From NCBI GenBank assembly GCA_031368095.1, contig JANLQX010000514.1, forward strand, positions 1 through 58,939: DNA of 58,939 bases, given 5' to 3'. The position numbers and the translations under genes were made by a program. A model generated the notes under the pieces. It was not told the DNA's origin, ran no database searches, and saw nothing but the letters and a program-made list of their open reading frames with translations. Origin of the DNA: Actinomycetes bacterium. GTDB lineage: Bacteria > Actinomycetota > Acidimicrobiia > Acidimicrobiales > JANYDT01. This document shows positions 8,021-15,844 of this stretch, piece after piece. Each line of letters begins with the position of its first letter. The first letter of the stretch is position 1.

Positions 8021-9244
8021 ATGAAGCAAGGTAAGCTGCCAGCTTTTCAGTTTTATCCCGGCGACTGGAGAAAAGATCCTGGCGTGCAATCTCTCTCTTT
8101 CCATGACCGTGGGGTCTGGTTTGAAATTATCTGCCTCATGCACGAATCAGAATTTAGGGGAAAACTAATTTTAAATGGCAAGCCTATGCCACAAGACGCT
8201 CTTGCCCGCCTGCTCGGTTTGGATAACCAAATTCTAACCAAAACAATCGACAACCTGTTAAACTATGGCGTAGCATCCCTATGTGATGAGACCGCCGCCC
8301 TTATCTGCCGTAGAATGTTGCGCGATGAAGAGGTCCGTATTATACAGAAAAATTTCGGCAAGCAGGGAGGAAATCCGGCGTTGTGCGAAAATTACAATAT
8401 GCCTGGTTTTGTTTATCTCATTCAGAGATCAGGAGACGGCAAAACGAAAATAGGAATTAGTGAAAACCCAACTCGGAGGCTTTACAGGCTTCGGTCAACC
8501 CATAAGGGTCAATCTCTGGAAATGCTAGGCTCGTTCCATGTTCAGGATATGGGGTATACGGAATCATGCCTACACAAAAAATATGCCTCAGTCGCTGATG
8601 GTGAATGGTTTTCAATAGGAAATAGCGAAATTGAAGAAATTAAGCAATATTTGATAGAATTACCCCATAAGGGTCAATCCAAGGATAATGAAACCCCTTC
8701 ATCTTCATCTTCATCTTCGGATCAAGATAAAGATAAGATCACCCACCCCGCGCGCGCGCATGTGCGCGTTGATGGATTCGAACCGGTGAGACCTGTTGAA
8801 TCTCCGCCTCCGACAACTCAGTTTTGCGCCGATCGTGCCTTGAAGGTTTTGAACCTCTATCCGTCTGTTGCCAAAAAAGACGGTAGGCCGGTTAGCAAAT
8901 CTATGCACGCTCAAAACCTCCTGGCGGCCCGTATAGCCAAGAGTCCGGATTACCCATGGGAAGAGCATGCCCAACTCATGGAGTTGAACCACACGCCCCC
9001 TGACGCCCATAAATGGGCGGATACGTTGCCGGATCAAATTGCCTTGAATGGACTCAGGAAAAGCAAAATCGAAATCAACAAAGGAGCCGCGAATGGAAGC
9101 CATCAAGCAGGCGCTAAACGCTTTGAATCTGAAATCCAAAGAAACGCGCGTCGAGCAAAGGAAATTTTCGGACCTCGATCGAATGCGGATAATACGCGGG
9201 ATGATAGCGGGGTTTTTCATAGCCACGGGGCGGGGGATTCCTGA
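8021..9244 (+). CDS. DUF1376 (YdaU-like) - T5orf172/GIY-YIG-like fusion protein (replication-associated)
   Basis: N-terminus FQFYPGDWRKDPGVQSLSFHDRGVWFEIICLMHES matches the DUF1376 pattern. The middle region GFVYLIQRSGDGKTKIGISENPTRRLYRL...GEWFSI matches the T5orf172/MUG113 pattern. A poly-Ser/Asp linker (SSSSSSSDQDKDK) follows. ATG 8021 is preferred over TTG 7973. Confidence 0.7.
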   Translation: MKQGKLPAFQFYPGDWRKDPGVQSLSFHDRGVWFEIICLMHESEFRGKLILNGKPMPQDALARLLGLDNQILTKTIDNLLNYGVASLCDETAALICRRMLRDEEVRIIQKNFGKQGGNPALCENYNMPGFVYLIQRSGDGKTKIGISENPTRRLYRLRSTHKGQSLEMLGSFHVQDMGYTESCLHKKYASVADGEWFSIGNSEIEEIKQYLIELPHKGQSKDNETPSSSSSSSDQDKDKITHPARAHVRVDGFEPVRPVESPPPTTQFCADRALKVLNLYPSVAKKDGRPVSKSMHAQNLLAARIAKSPDYPWEEHAQLMELNHTPPDAHKWADTLPDQIALNGLRKSKIEINKGAANGSHQAGAKRFESEIQRNARRAKEIFGPRSNADNTRDDSGVFHSHGAGDS

Positions 9245-9593
9245 TGCAGATTACCTGGAGCCAGCGGTGGAGATGGCTATGATTGATTGGGCGAGAATTC
9301 CTGCTGGCGATCTTCCCGAAGTTTGTGCAAGAGCCAGGCTTCTTGCCACTGGTAAAAACGGAAACTGGCCAGCCACTACAACGGAAGTGATGCAAGCATG
9401 GCGAAGCATTTCCTCCGAGTACCATCGAACAGCTTACCAGAGGATTCAAAAGGAGCGCGAGGCGCTTATTGAGTCCGGTACCGCACTGGCGGAGCCTACC
9501 ATCACAGAAATATCCGATCAAGGGCGAGAAGATTTTTTCGATGAATTGTACGCAAGCGCAGGCCTGCGGCGCCATAAGGTTACACCAAACTAA
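9093..9593 (+). CDS. Hypothetical protein (replication-module partner)
   Basis: ATG 9093 follows an AAAGGAG RBS. It overlaps the 3' end of the upstream gene by 152 nt in another frame. The start is uncertain. Confidence 0.5.
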   Translation: MEAIKQALNALNLKSKETRVEQRKFSDLDRMRIIRGMIAGFFIATGRGIPDADYLEPAVEMAMIDWARIPAGDLPEVCARARLLATGKNGNWPATTTEVMQAWRSISSEYHRTAYQRIQKEREALIESGTALAEPTITEISDQGREDFFDELYASAGLRRHKVTPN

Positions 9594-9642
9594 GGGCTGA
9601 TTTTGGAATGAGAGTTGAAGTAAACCAAATAAAGGCGATAAA

Positions 9643-10287
9643 ATGAGCAGTACAGGCCGTGGATCTATCCGAGTCGAAAATGATTTTTACCCAACACCGG
9701 TCCAAACCATTCAATCCATTTTTGACAGGATCCATTGGGGCAAGGTCGAAACATTTTTAGAGCCATGCCGAGGTGACGGAGTGATTCTGAACATGGTTCC
9801 CGATCCAATCGTAAAACATTCTTGCGAGATAATGGACGGGCAGGATTATTTTCTTACGGCAACCCCTTCGGTCGATTTGACTCTAACGAACCCGCCATTC
9901 TCGTCCGCGCTGGAGTTTCTTTCAAAAGCGATCGACGGCTCGAAAACTGTGGTGTTTCTGTTGCGAACCAACTTTCTCGGATCTGCAAAACGAATGCCCT
10001 ATCTTTCCGCTCATAGGCCAACACACCTGTACCAGCTTTCGGAAAGGCCGTCATTTGTGGATGTTTGCAAAGGCGGGCTTGTTCGAACTACCGGAGCGGC
10101 AGGAAAAATACTTAACTCCGAAAAGAAGAAAGGATGTGGTTGGGCTTTTCAGAAAAATGCAGGAGTTAAAGAGTGCCCAAACTGCGGGGGAAATGTTAGC
10201 GCCGGCACCGACTCGATTGAATACGCTTGGTTTTGTTGGGATAACGGACAGATAATGAAAGACATGCCTGGAATTTATTTTCTATGA
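9643..10287 (+). CDS. N6-adenine DNA methyltransferase with C-terminal Zn-ribbon
   Basis: DFYPTP, motif I-like LEPCRGDGVIL and motif IV NPPF. The C-terminal region carries CGW...CPNCGG. Confidence 0.75.
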   Translation: MSSTGRGSIRVENDFYPTPVQTIQSIFDRIHWGKVETFLEPCRGDGVILNMVPDPIVKHSCEIMDGQDYFLTATPSVDLTLTNPPFSSALEFLSKAIDGSKTVVFLLRTNFLGSAKRMPYLSAHRPTHLYQLSERPSFVDVCKGGLVRTTGAAGKILNSEKKKGCGWAFQKNAGVKECPNCGGNVSAGTDSIEYAWFCWDNGQIMKDMPGIYFL

Positions 10288-10321
10288 AAAATCCGGTATT
10301 ATATCAAATCAGCATTTCGGA

Positions 10322-10385
10322 ATTCGTCACCAATTATAATGGTCACGAATATTCTTTAGGAGTGTTCGGTAAAATTTTAGGTAAA
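10322..10385 (+). promoter_or_regulatory. Candidate promoter/operator upstream of the DUF5131 operon
   Basis: Imperfect palindrome ATTCGTCACCA (10322-10332) / TGGTCACGAAT (10340-10350) brackets a perfect TATAAT (10335-10340). It is followed by TTCGGTAAA (10365-10373) and TTAGGTAAA (10377-10385). Confidence 0.45.
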
Positions 10386-10438
10386 GCCTTTTTTAAAATC
10401 GTGTTTCGCGTAACTTATTCTTTTTGATTGGAGCGAGA

Positions 10439-11263
10439 ATGAGCAAGAGCGTTGTTGAGTGGGCAGATGCCGTATGGGACCCGTTAGTGCTTTGGCCATC
10501 CAAACTCGAAGAACCAATTTCATTAACAGGCGCATTAAAAATATTTACCGGGCTTCATTCGGACCTATGGGATGATTCCGTTCCTTTTGAATACCTGGAT
10601 AGCATTATGGATGTGGTAAGGCGTTCGGAAAATCACACGTTTCAATTTCTTTCCAGGCGAACCGATCGAATGGCAGAATACTTCCTTACTCGCCCGCCAG
10701 TTGGGTGGCCGTTTCCAAATGCATGGCTTGGAGTGTACGCAGAAAGTCAGCCAGCCTTCAATGCCAGAATGGAAATGTTTAAACCGATTCCGGCAGCTTT
10801 GAAATGGCTTTCGTACCAGCCAGCATTAGGGCCTATTAATCTGAGAAAGGCGCTAAATATCATAGGCGCAGAAGGATCTGCATTGTGGATGCCAGGAAAT
10901 GGCGCGCGTGATTTGGACTGGGTAGTCTGTGGCGGAGAGTTTGGGAAAAATGCAAGAGCCTCAAACCCCGAGTGGTTCCGGCTTGTTCGCGACCAATGTT
11001 GCGCCGTCGGTGTCCCATTCTTTTTCAGCAATTGGGGAGAGTGGGCCCCTGATCACCATGGCTCGTCGATATCTCTCACGCGCATGGCTGTTTTTCATCC
11101 GGAGGATACTGGGGAACCACCTATTTACCTTCGGGATATGAATCCATCAAATCGGTCTGCATGGGCTGTAAATGCTTATGGAGACACTCCAATGTACATG
11201 GTCGGAAAGAAGCATTCCGGACGATTGCTGGACGGATTAGAATGTCAGGAGTTTCCAGAATGA
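10439..11263 (+). CDS. Gp37/Gp68-family (DUF5131) protein, variant lacking the N-terminal Cys cluster
   Basis: EWADAVWDP, HTFQFLSRRTDRM and LDWVVCGGEFGKNARASNPEWFRLVRDQCCAVGVPFFFSNWGEW match the family pattern. The expected GC..GC..CYA segment after WDP is absent. Confidence 0.65.
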   Translation: MSKSVVEWADAVWDPLVLWPSKLEEPISLTGALKIFTGLHSDLWDDSVPFEYLDSIMDVVRRSENHTFQFLSRRTDRMAEYFLTRPPVGWPFPNAWLGVYAESQPAFNARMEMFKPIPAALKWLSYQPALGPINLRKALNIIGAEGSALWMPGNGARDLDWVVCGGEFGKNARASNPEWFRLVRDQCCAVGVPFFFSNWGEWAPDHHGSSISLTRMAVFHPEDTGEPPIYLRDMNPSNRSAWAVNAYGDTPMYMVGKKHSGRLLDGLECQEFPE

Positions 11264-11736
11264 ATATTATGAAGAGCGGTTCGAAGGTGGTATGCCAAAA
11301 GTGTTTTGCAGTTCAGTCGCTACCTGTTGCAAATATTGAAGCTGGTCGGTACGCGGATTACGCCTGTGTGGAATGTTCCGAAAAGATGAATATTCTCAGC
11401 CTAGAAATCGTAGAAAGGCGAGTTTTGGAGCTGAAATGTTGGCCCGACAATTTCAGGCAGATCAAGCGAGGCGTTAAAACTTGCGATATACGAGTCAATG
11501 ACCGAGGCTACAAAGTAGGGGACACTCTTCACCTGCGGGAATGGATCCCCAGTGCCGATTACGATTTAGATGGGAGTGGAGAATACACTGGCCATTTTGT
11601 TTATGTCCAAGTCAAGCATGTGGTATGCGGTCAGCTTGGGATTCCACGGGGCCTCGCCGTCCTGTCGATTTCAAGCCCGCAGTTGTGGAGAAATAAAATA
11701 CTTGGTAAAAAAACTAAAAAGGTGTTGACCGTTTAA
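11260..11736 (+). CDS. Zn-ribbon + DUF3850 (ASCH/PUA-like) protein
   Basis: ATGA overlap with the upstream gene. Contains CQKC...CVEC, then LELKCWPDNFRQIKRGVKTCDIRVNDRGYKVGDTLHLREW, which is typical of DUF3850. Confidence 0.65.
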   Translation: MNIMKSGSKVVCQKCFAVQSLPVANIEAGRYADYACVECSEKMNILSLEIVERRVLELKCWPDNFRQIKRGVKTCDIRVNDRGYKVGDTLHLREWIPSADYDLDGSGEYTGHFVYVQVKHVVCGQLGIPRGLAVLSISSPQLWRNKILGKKTKKVLTV

Positions 11737-11791
11737 AACCTTTTGGGTAATTTAAAGAATATGTTATTCCATAGAATTAATAGGAATCAGA

Positions 11792-12319
11792 ATGTCACTT
11801 AACGGAGCGAAACTTTGCCCTACTTGCGGATCCATCGGATGGAAGGAAAAAGGCTCCCGCATGTACAGATGCAAAAGCGACCACCGCTTTGGGAATAAGT
11901 TTGGTGCCAAGCGCGCCAATGTTGGGCTTGGTACGGATCCGGAATTAACCAGGCGGTTCGGACACTTCGATTCGCGTCTTGAGTTGGATTATTTTAGAGA
12001 GGTGCTTGGCTGGTTGGAAAAAGCGGGAGAGATCACAGAGTTGAGGCACCACACAATTATTCACCTTATCCCAGGTTTCAATTTTGAAACAGACTGGGAT
12101 TACAAAACCAAGGACGGCGTATATCGCATTGCAGATACCAAAGGCGTGGCCGATGCTCGTTTTAAGTGCATTGTTGCCATGTGGCCGTTCTTTGGTCATG
12201 GGCCCTTGGACATCGTGAAGCGGTCAGGAACAAAGTGGCTTATTCGGACGGTCCCAGTAGGCAAGTGGGGAATTAAACCAGGGATCACGGCTCCCTGGGA
12301 ATTCACAAAGGTGGCATGA
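11792..12319 (+). CDS. Zn-ribbon + DUF1064-like nuclease (candidate junction resolvase)
   Basis: CPTCGS...RCKSDH, then FDSRLELDYFREVLGWLEKAGEITELRHH...YRIADTKGV...FKCIVAMW, which resembles the DUF1064 / PD-(D/E)XK-like pattern. Confidence 0.5.
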   Translation: MSLNGAKLCPTCGSIGWKEKGSRMYRCKSDHRFGNKFGAKRANVGLGTDPELTRRFGHFDSRLELDYFREVLGWLEKAGEITELRHHTIIHLIPGFNFETDWDYKTKDGVYRIADTKGVADARFKCIVAMWPFFGHGPLDIVKRSGTKWLIRTVPVGKWGIKPGITAPWEFTKVA

Positions 12320-12531
12320 TGGAAGCAACATCCTCAACAAATGAATTACTCACAGCTACGGACCTTATGGACTGGCTACAGGTTGGGCCAAAATGGGTGG
12401 AGAAAAACACTCAGGCCCGCCGCATTCCCGGTCAATTCAAAGCGGGCCGTGCATGGCGCTATGACCGGGCCGCTATTGAAAAACAACGCTTAGCCACTGG
12501 CCAAATTCTCTTGCCGAAAAAGTCTAAATAA
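12316..12531 (+). CDS. xis: Excisionase / HTH_17-like DNA-binding protein
   Basis: LLTATDLMDWLQVGPKWVEKNTQARRIPGQFKAGRAWRYDRAAIE. It lies immediately upstream of and is coupled (TAATG) to the integrase. Confidence 0.65.
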   Translation: MMEATSSTNELLTATDLMDWLQVGPKWVEKNTQARRIPGQFKAGRAWRYDRAAIEKQRLATGQILLPKKSK

Positions 12532-13673
12532 TGCAACTTTATAATGGCCAGCCCATGGCGCCCATATCCGGAGGAAACTTCGCTATGGGCATTACCAAAC
12601 TAGCGCCAAACCATTTTTTCATCAAAGCACGGCATAAGACCAATGGGGAAGACCGTCGGGAACAGCTTCATTTTACTGGCACAAAAGCCCAGGCGGAAGA
12701 AAAGTACCTCGAAATCCTTAGACGCCTCCGCCGCGAAAAAAAGCCCGCTCAGGCCTTTGGCGACCTTTTAGCCGCATACTGTGAAAGCCGGGGCGGCGTT
12801 ATACCCCGGTCCCAGCGATCGATTTTCGAAGATCTTGCCAGGGATTTGGGCGGTGTAGATTTGGCGGCCATTGGCGACAAACTGCAAGAGTATGCCGGCA
12901 TACTTAGGCGGTTGCCGTCTAAAACCACGGGCCGCAAATTATCGGCTGCAAGCTTAAACCGGAGACGGGCCATGGTGGCAGCCTCATTAAACTTGGCTGT
13001 TGAGTTAAAAATTATCCCACACTCACCGCTTAACGCCGCCGTATGGCCAAAAGAGAATGAAGTCCCTCGGGATCGATTTTTGTCCCACGTCGAGTCTACG
13101 GCCCTGCTGAACGCTATTTCCATGTCGGCCCCGCACCTTTTGCCTGTGACGCAATTTGCCCTTCAAGTGCCGTGCCGCAAGGCAGAGCTTGTATCCATGA
13201 CCCGCGCCGATTTGGATCTCTTCCACAATGCGATCAGAGTCCACAACGGCACAACCAAGAACGAGGCTGGCGCATGGAAACCGATTCCTCCGAATATGGT
13301 GCCCTATTTCCGATCCATTCCTGCGGACTGTCCGTACCTTTTCTATCGCATGGAGCGCGGCCAATACGCACCCCTTGGGGATTTTAAACGATCTTGGGCG
13401 ACAGCCAAGCGTATTGCCGGAATTCAGAACCTGCGTTTTCACGATACTCGGCACATATCCGCTACTGCATTGGTGGACGCCGGCACCCCAGAAAGGGCCG
13501 TCATGGACATAGCCGGATGGCGCACAAATATGCTTTCGACTTATTATTCCAGTTCCAGCAAAAAGGCTTTAAGCCTTGTTAAATTTGGTAACGGAAGTGG
13601 CAACACAGGGGCAACTTTCGAGGGGGTTGGGCTAAAAACTGGTAAGAATGGGACAGAAAGGACGGTTTTGTAA
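12531..13673 (+). CDS. int: Tyrosine integrase
   Basis: C-terminal catalytic pattern LRFHDTRHISATALVDAGTPERAVMDIAGWRTNMLSTYY (H-x-x-R ... Y). It is followed directly by the attP tRNA fragment. Confidence 0.85.
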   Translation: MQLYNGQPMAPISGGNFAMGITKLAPNHFFIKARHKTNGEDRREQLHFTGTKAQAEEKYLEILRRLRREKKPAQAFGDLLAAYCESRGGVIPRSQRSIFEDLARDLGGVDLAAIGDKLQEYAGILRRLPSKTTGRKLSAASLNRRRAMVAASLNLAVELKIIPHSPLNAAVWPKENEVPRDRFLSHVESTALLNAISMSAPHLLPVTQFALQVPCRKAELVSMTRADLDLFHNAIRVHNGTTKNEAGAWKPIPPNMVPYFRSIPADCPYLFYRMERGQYAPLGDFKRSWATAKRIAGIQNLRFHDTRHISATALVDAGTPERAVMDIAGWRTNMLSTYYSSSSKKALSLVKFGNGSGNTGATFEGVGLKTGKNGTERTVL

Positions 13674-13686
13674 CGTGTCCTTTTGT

Positions 13687-13731
13687 CTCTTAATCAGCGG
13701 GTCGAAGGTTCAATCCCTTCAGTACCCACCA
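13687..13731 (+). other. attP core: 45-nt 3' portion of a tRNA-Lys(CUU) gene (anticodon loop to CCA)
   Basis: CTCTTAA (anticodon loop, CTT at 13689-13691), TCAGC, GGGTC (variable loop), GAAGG-TTCAATC-CCTTC (T arm), AGTACCC-A-CCA (acceptor, discriminator, CCA). No complementary 5' anticodon-stem or acceptor strand lies upstream, so this is a fragment and not a gene. Confidence 0.75.
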
Positions 13732-14048
13732 TTTTCTCCTGGCTTATTGCGGGATTCTGCAAGGAATCGCCATAGTAAGACCCGGGGGCTTGGTGACCAT
13801 CCCTCTCGAAAACCCCCATTGTACCCCCACGAACCCCCACAAAGGGGCAACGTAGGTGGCAACTTCCATTTAACCCGGGCGCCTTGGGCTGGCTTCCCTG
13901 GTACTTCAAATTTTTGCCTTTCCTCCAAGGCCCTGCTAAAACTTTGCCTAAAACCCGTCCAAGCTACCGGATCAAATAGCCAGTCCGTCGTACTGCCGGC
14001 GAAAGGGAATCCCCTTGCCGGTGGCTTGGCTCCCCAGGAGGTTGGCCG

Positions 14049-14804
14049 ATGAAAGAGCGACCGATTTTGTTTTCTGGCCCCATGGTGCGAGCGATACTCG
14101 ACGGGCGGAAAACTGTAACGCGGCGAGTGGTAAAGCCTCAGCCTCCAAGCGATTGTCAGGTATGGGCTGGATGGATCCTAGACTCAACATCAGGTGATGA
14201 CGTTGGGAAAGCCTCCTGGCATGACCAGGTTGGACCACTGGCCTACAAAACCCACCGGGTACGATGCCCCTATGGCCAGTTAGGGGATCATTTGTGGGTG
14301 AGGGAAGCTTGGTCTTATTACCGCCCATTTGCATCGGATCGAACAAACAAAATTCTGTACCGTGCCGACCTAGATAATTGCGGTCAATGCCCAGTCCAGC
14401 TAGATAACGACGTTGTTTTAGTTGATCCTCGGGACGGATGGAAACCATCTATCCACATGCCTAGATGGGCTTCCCGCATATCCCTAGAGGTTACAGAGAT
14501 TAGGGTACAGAGGTTGCAGGATATCACGGAGGATGAAGCCATCCGCGAGGGAGCGGTATGGCACGACTTCGGGCGGGAATGCGGCCATTTTGGAGCATGG
14601 CAGGGCGTGGGCGATTGCAAGGGCGAATTTCACCCCCAGCGCAACGGGTGGACGATGGAGCCACCTGCGGCGAGTGCGGGAAACTGCTTGCCGTCTGCTC
14701 GCATGGCTTTTGCGAATCTGATAAATAAAATCAACGGGCCAGAGACATGGGCATCAAATCCTTGGGTCTTCGTGATTTCGTTTAGGAGAATGTATGCACA
14801 ATAA
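14049..14804 (+). CDS. ASCH/PUA-like domain protein (widespread phage family)
   Basis: ILFSGPMVRAILDGRKTVTRRV...CPYGQLGDHLWVREAW...WKPSIHMPRWASRISLEVTEIRVQRLQDITEDEAIREG. Confidence 0.65.
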   Translation: MKERPILFSGPMVRAILDGRKTVTRRVVKPQPPSDCQVWAGWILDSTSGDDVGKASWHDQVGPLAYKTHRVRCPYGQLGDHLWVREAWSYYRPFASDRTNKILYRADLDNCGQCPVQLDNDVVLVDPRDGWKPSIHMPRWASRISLEVTEIRVQRLQDITEDEAIREGAVWHDFGRECGHFGAWQGVGDCKGEFHPQRNGWTMEPPAASAGNCLPSARMAFANLINKINGPETWASNPWVFVISFRRMYAQ

Positions 14805-15327
14805 ACCACATACCGAAAACGCAAAGGCAAAAATGAGAGCCGCTCGTCTAGGCGTACCAGCTCTCTGGAAGCATCGTCCGTCTAGGATTGTTGGCGGAGC
14901 GGTAGAGTACCGGTGTGGCCGATGCGGTCTTTTTTTCCAGCGCGGCAATTTCTATAAAAACAATCGAACAATTCTTGGTATAAAAAACCAATGCAAGGCG
15001 TGCCATATTGAGGGTTCTATTAGAACGCGAGATATCAAAAAAACAAGAGAAGCAAACAAAATCTACGCTCGCGCCAAACGCATCAAGGATCCGGAGGCGG
15101 TTCGGGCTATGGAGCGCAAAAGAGTTCGCGTCAAGGACGACCGAGTAGAGGCTAGGTCCATACTGAATGATGCCGTAAAATCCGGAAAGATACTAAAGCC
15201 AAGCGACTGCTCTTCCTGCGGCCATCATGGCCGGATTACTGGACATCATCAAGATTATTCTAAGCCCTTGGAAGTCGAGTGGTTATGCTACGAATGCCAC
15301 GGGAAGGAACATCGTCATGCAGTATAA
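14794..15327 (+). CDS. NUMOD3-like + HNH-like Zn/His-motif protein
   Basis: N-terminal HTENAKAKMRAARLG is NUMOD3-like. The C-terminus reads CSSCGHHGRITGHHQDYSKPLEVEWLCYECHGKEH. Confidence 0.55.
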   Translation: MHNKPHTENAKAKMRAARLGVPALWKHRPSRIVGGAVEYRCGRCGLFFQRGNFYKNNRTILGIKNQCKACHIEGSIRTRDIKKTREANKIYARAKRIKDPEAVRAMERKRVRVKDDRVEARSILNDAVKSGKILKPSDCSSCGHHGRITGHHQDYSKPLEVEWLCYECHGKEHRHAV

Positions 15328-15366
15328 ATATTGGATATGGGCGATCAGCTTTAAGAGGGTGGAAGT

Positions 15367-15774
15367 ATGAGAGAAGAACTGCGCGCCGACATAATCGATT
15401 TATTCGAGGAGGCTCTCCCTCTCACAATAAATGAAAATGGCGTTGTATTGGATGGCCCCGGCTTAGAAGTCATTTCAGATCATGGAACGCATAAAGGGAA
15501 ATACCTAGGGTTTGAAATACTTGTCGCTCAGTTTTCAGTTGGCGTGTGGCGTTCGGTTGGATGCTATTACTCCAACAATCTTGGTTTCTCCAGCGCATTA
15601 AGCGTCCACGCTGAAGCGTATAGCCATCGCTCAGGTGCCGTCCTTGGTGCGTGCCAATATCTAACCGATAGGCTGTCTACGGAGCCTAAAACTCCGTTCA
15701 TAACAAAAGTCTTGGGCAATATTGCGAAAGTGGCAAGCCAATTTACTGCACTCGATAGAATGGTGGAAGCATGA
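15367..15774 (+). CDS. Hypothetical protein
   Basis: 135 codons; RBS GAGGGTGGAAG upstream; operon context. Confidence 0.55.
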   Translation: MREELRADIIDLFEEALPLTINENGVVLDGPGLEVISDHGTHKGKYLGFEILVAQFSVGVWRSVGCYYSNNLGFSSALSVHAEAYSHRSGAVLGACQYLTDRLSTEPKTPFITKVLGNIAKVASQFTALDRMVEA

Positions 15775-15844
15775 GTTCGAATACATCAGGTGTGAAATCT
15801 GCAATCCTGATGATGCAACGCCAGCGGAGAAAAGGAGACATCAT

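Noticed and set aside
8711-9575. Minus-strand ORFs 8711..9226 and 9114..9575 in the replication-gene overlap zone
   Set aside because: There is no promoter or RBS context, and they lie opposite two + strand ORFs with recognisable features. They do not resolve the 152-nt overlap question.
13656-13731. A complete tRNA gene at the end of the integrase
   Set aside because: Only the anticodon loop, the 3' anticodon-stem strand, the variable loop, the T arm and the acceptor 3' strand are present. The upstream sequence cannot pair with TCAGC or AGTACCC, so this is an attP fragment and not a functional tRNA.
13648-14448. ORFs 13648..14052 (+), 13694..13928 (-) and 13972..14448 (-) across the attP arm
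   Set aside because: They run through the tRNA fragment and noncoding arm or overlap the ASCH-like gene. Their translations are Pro/Gly/Arg-rich and low in complexity, and none has an RBS. I treated the region as noncoding attP arm DNA.
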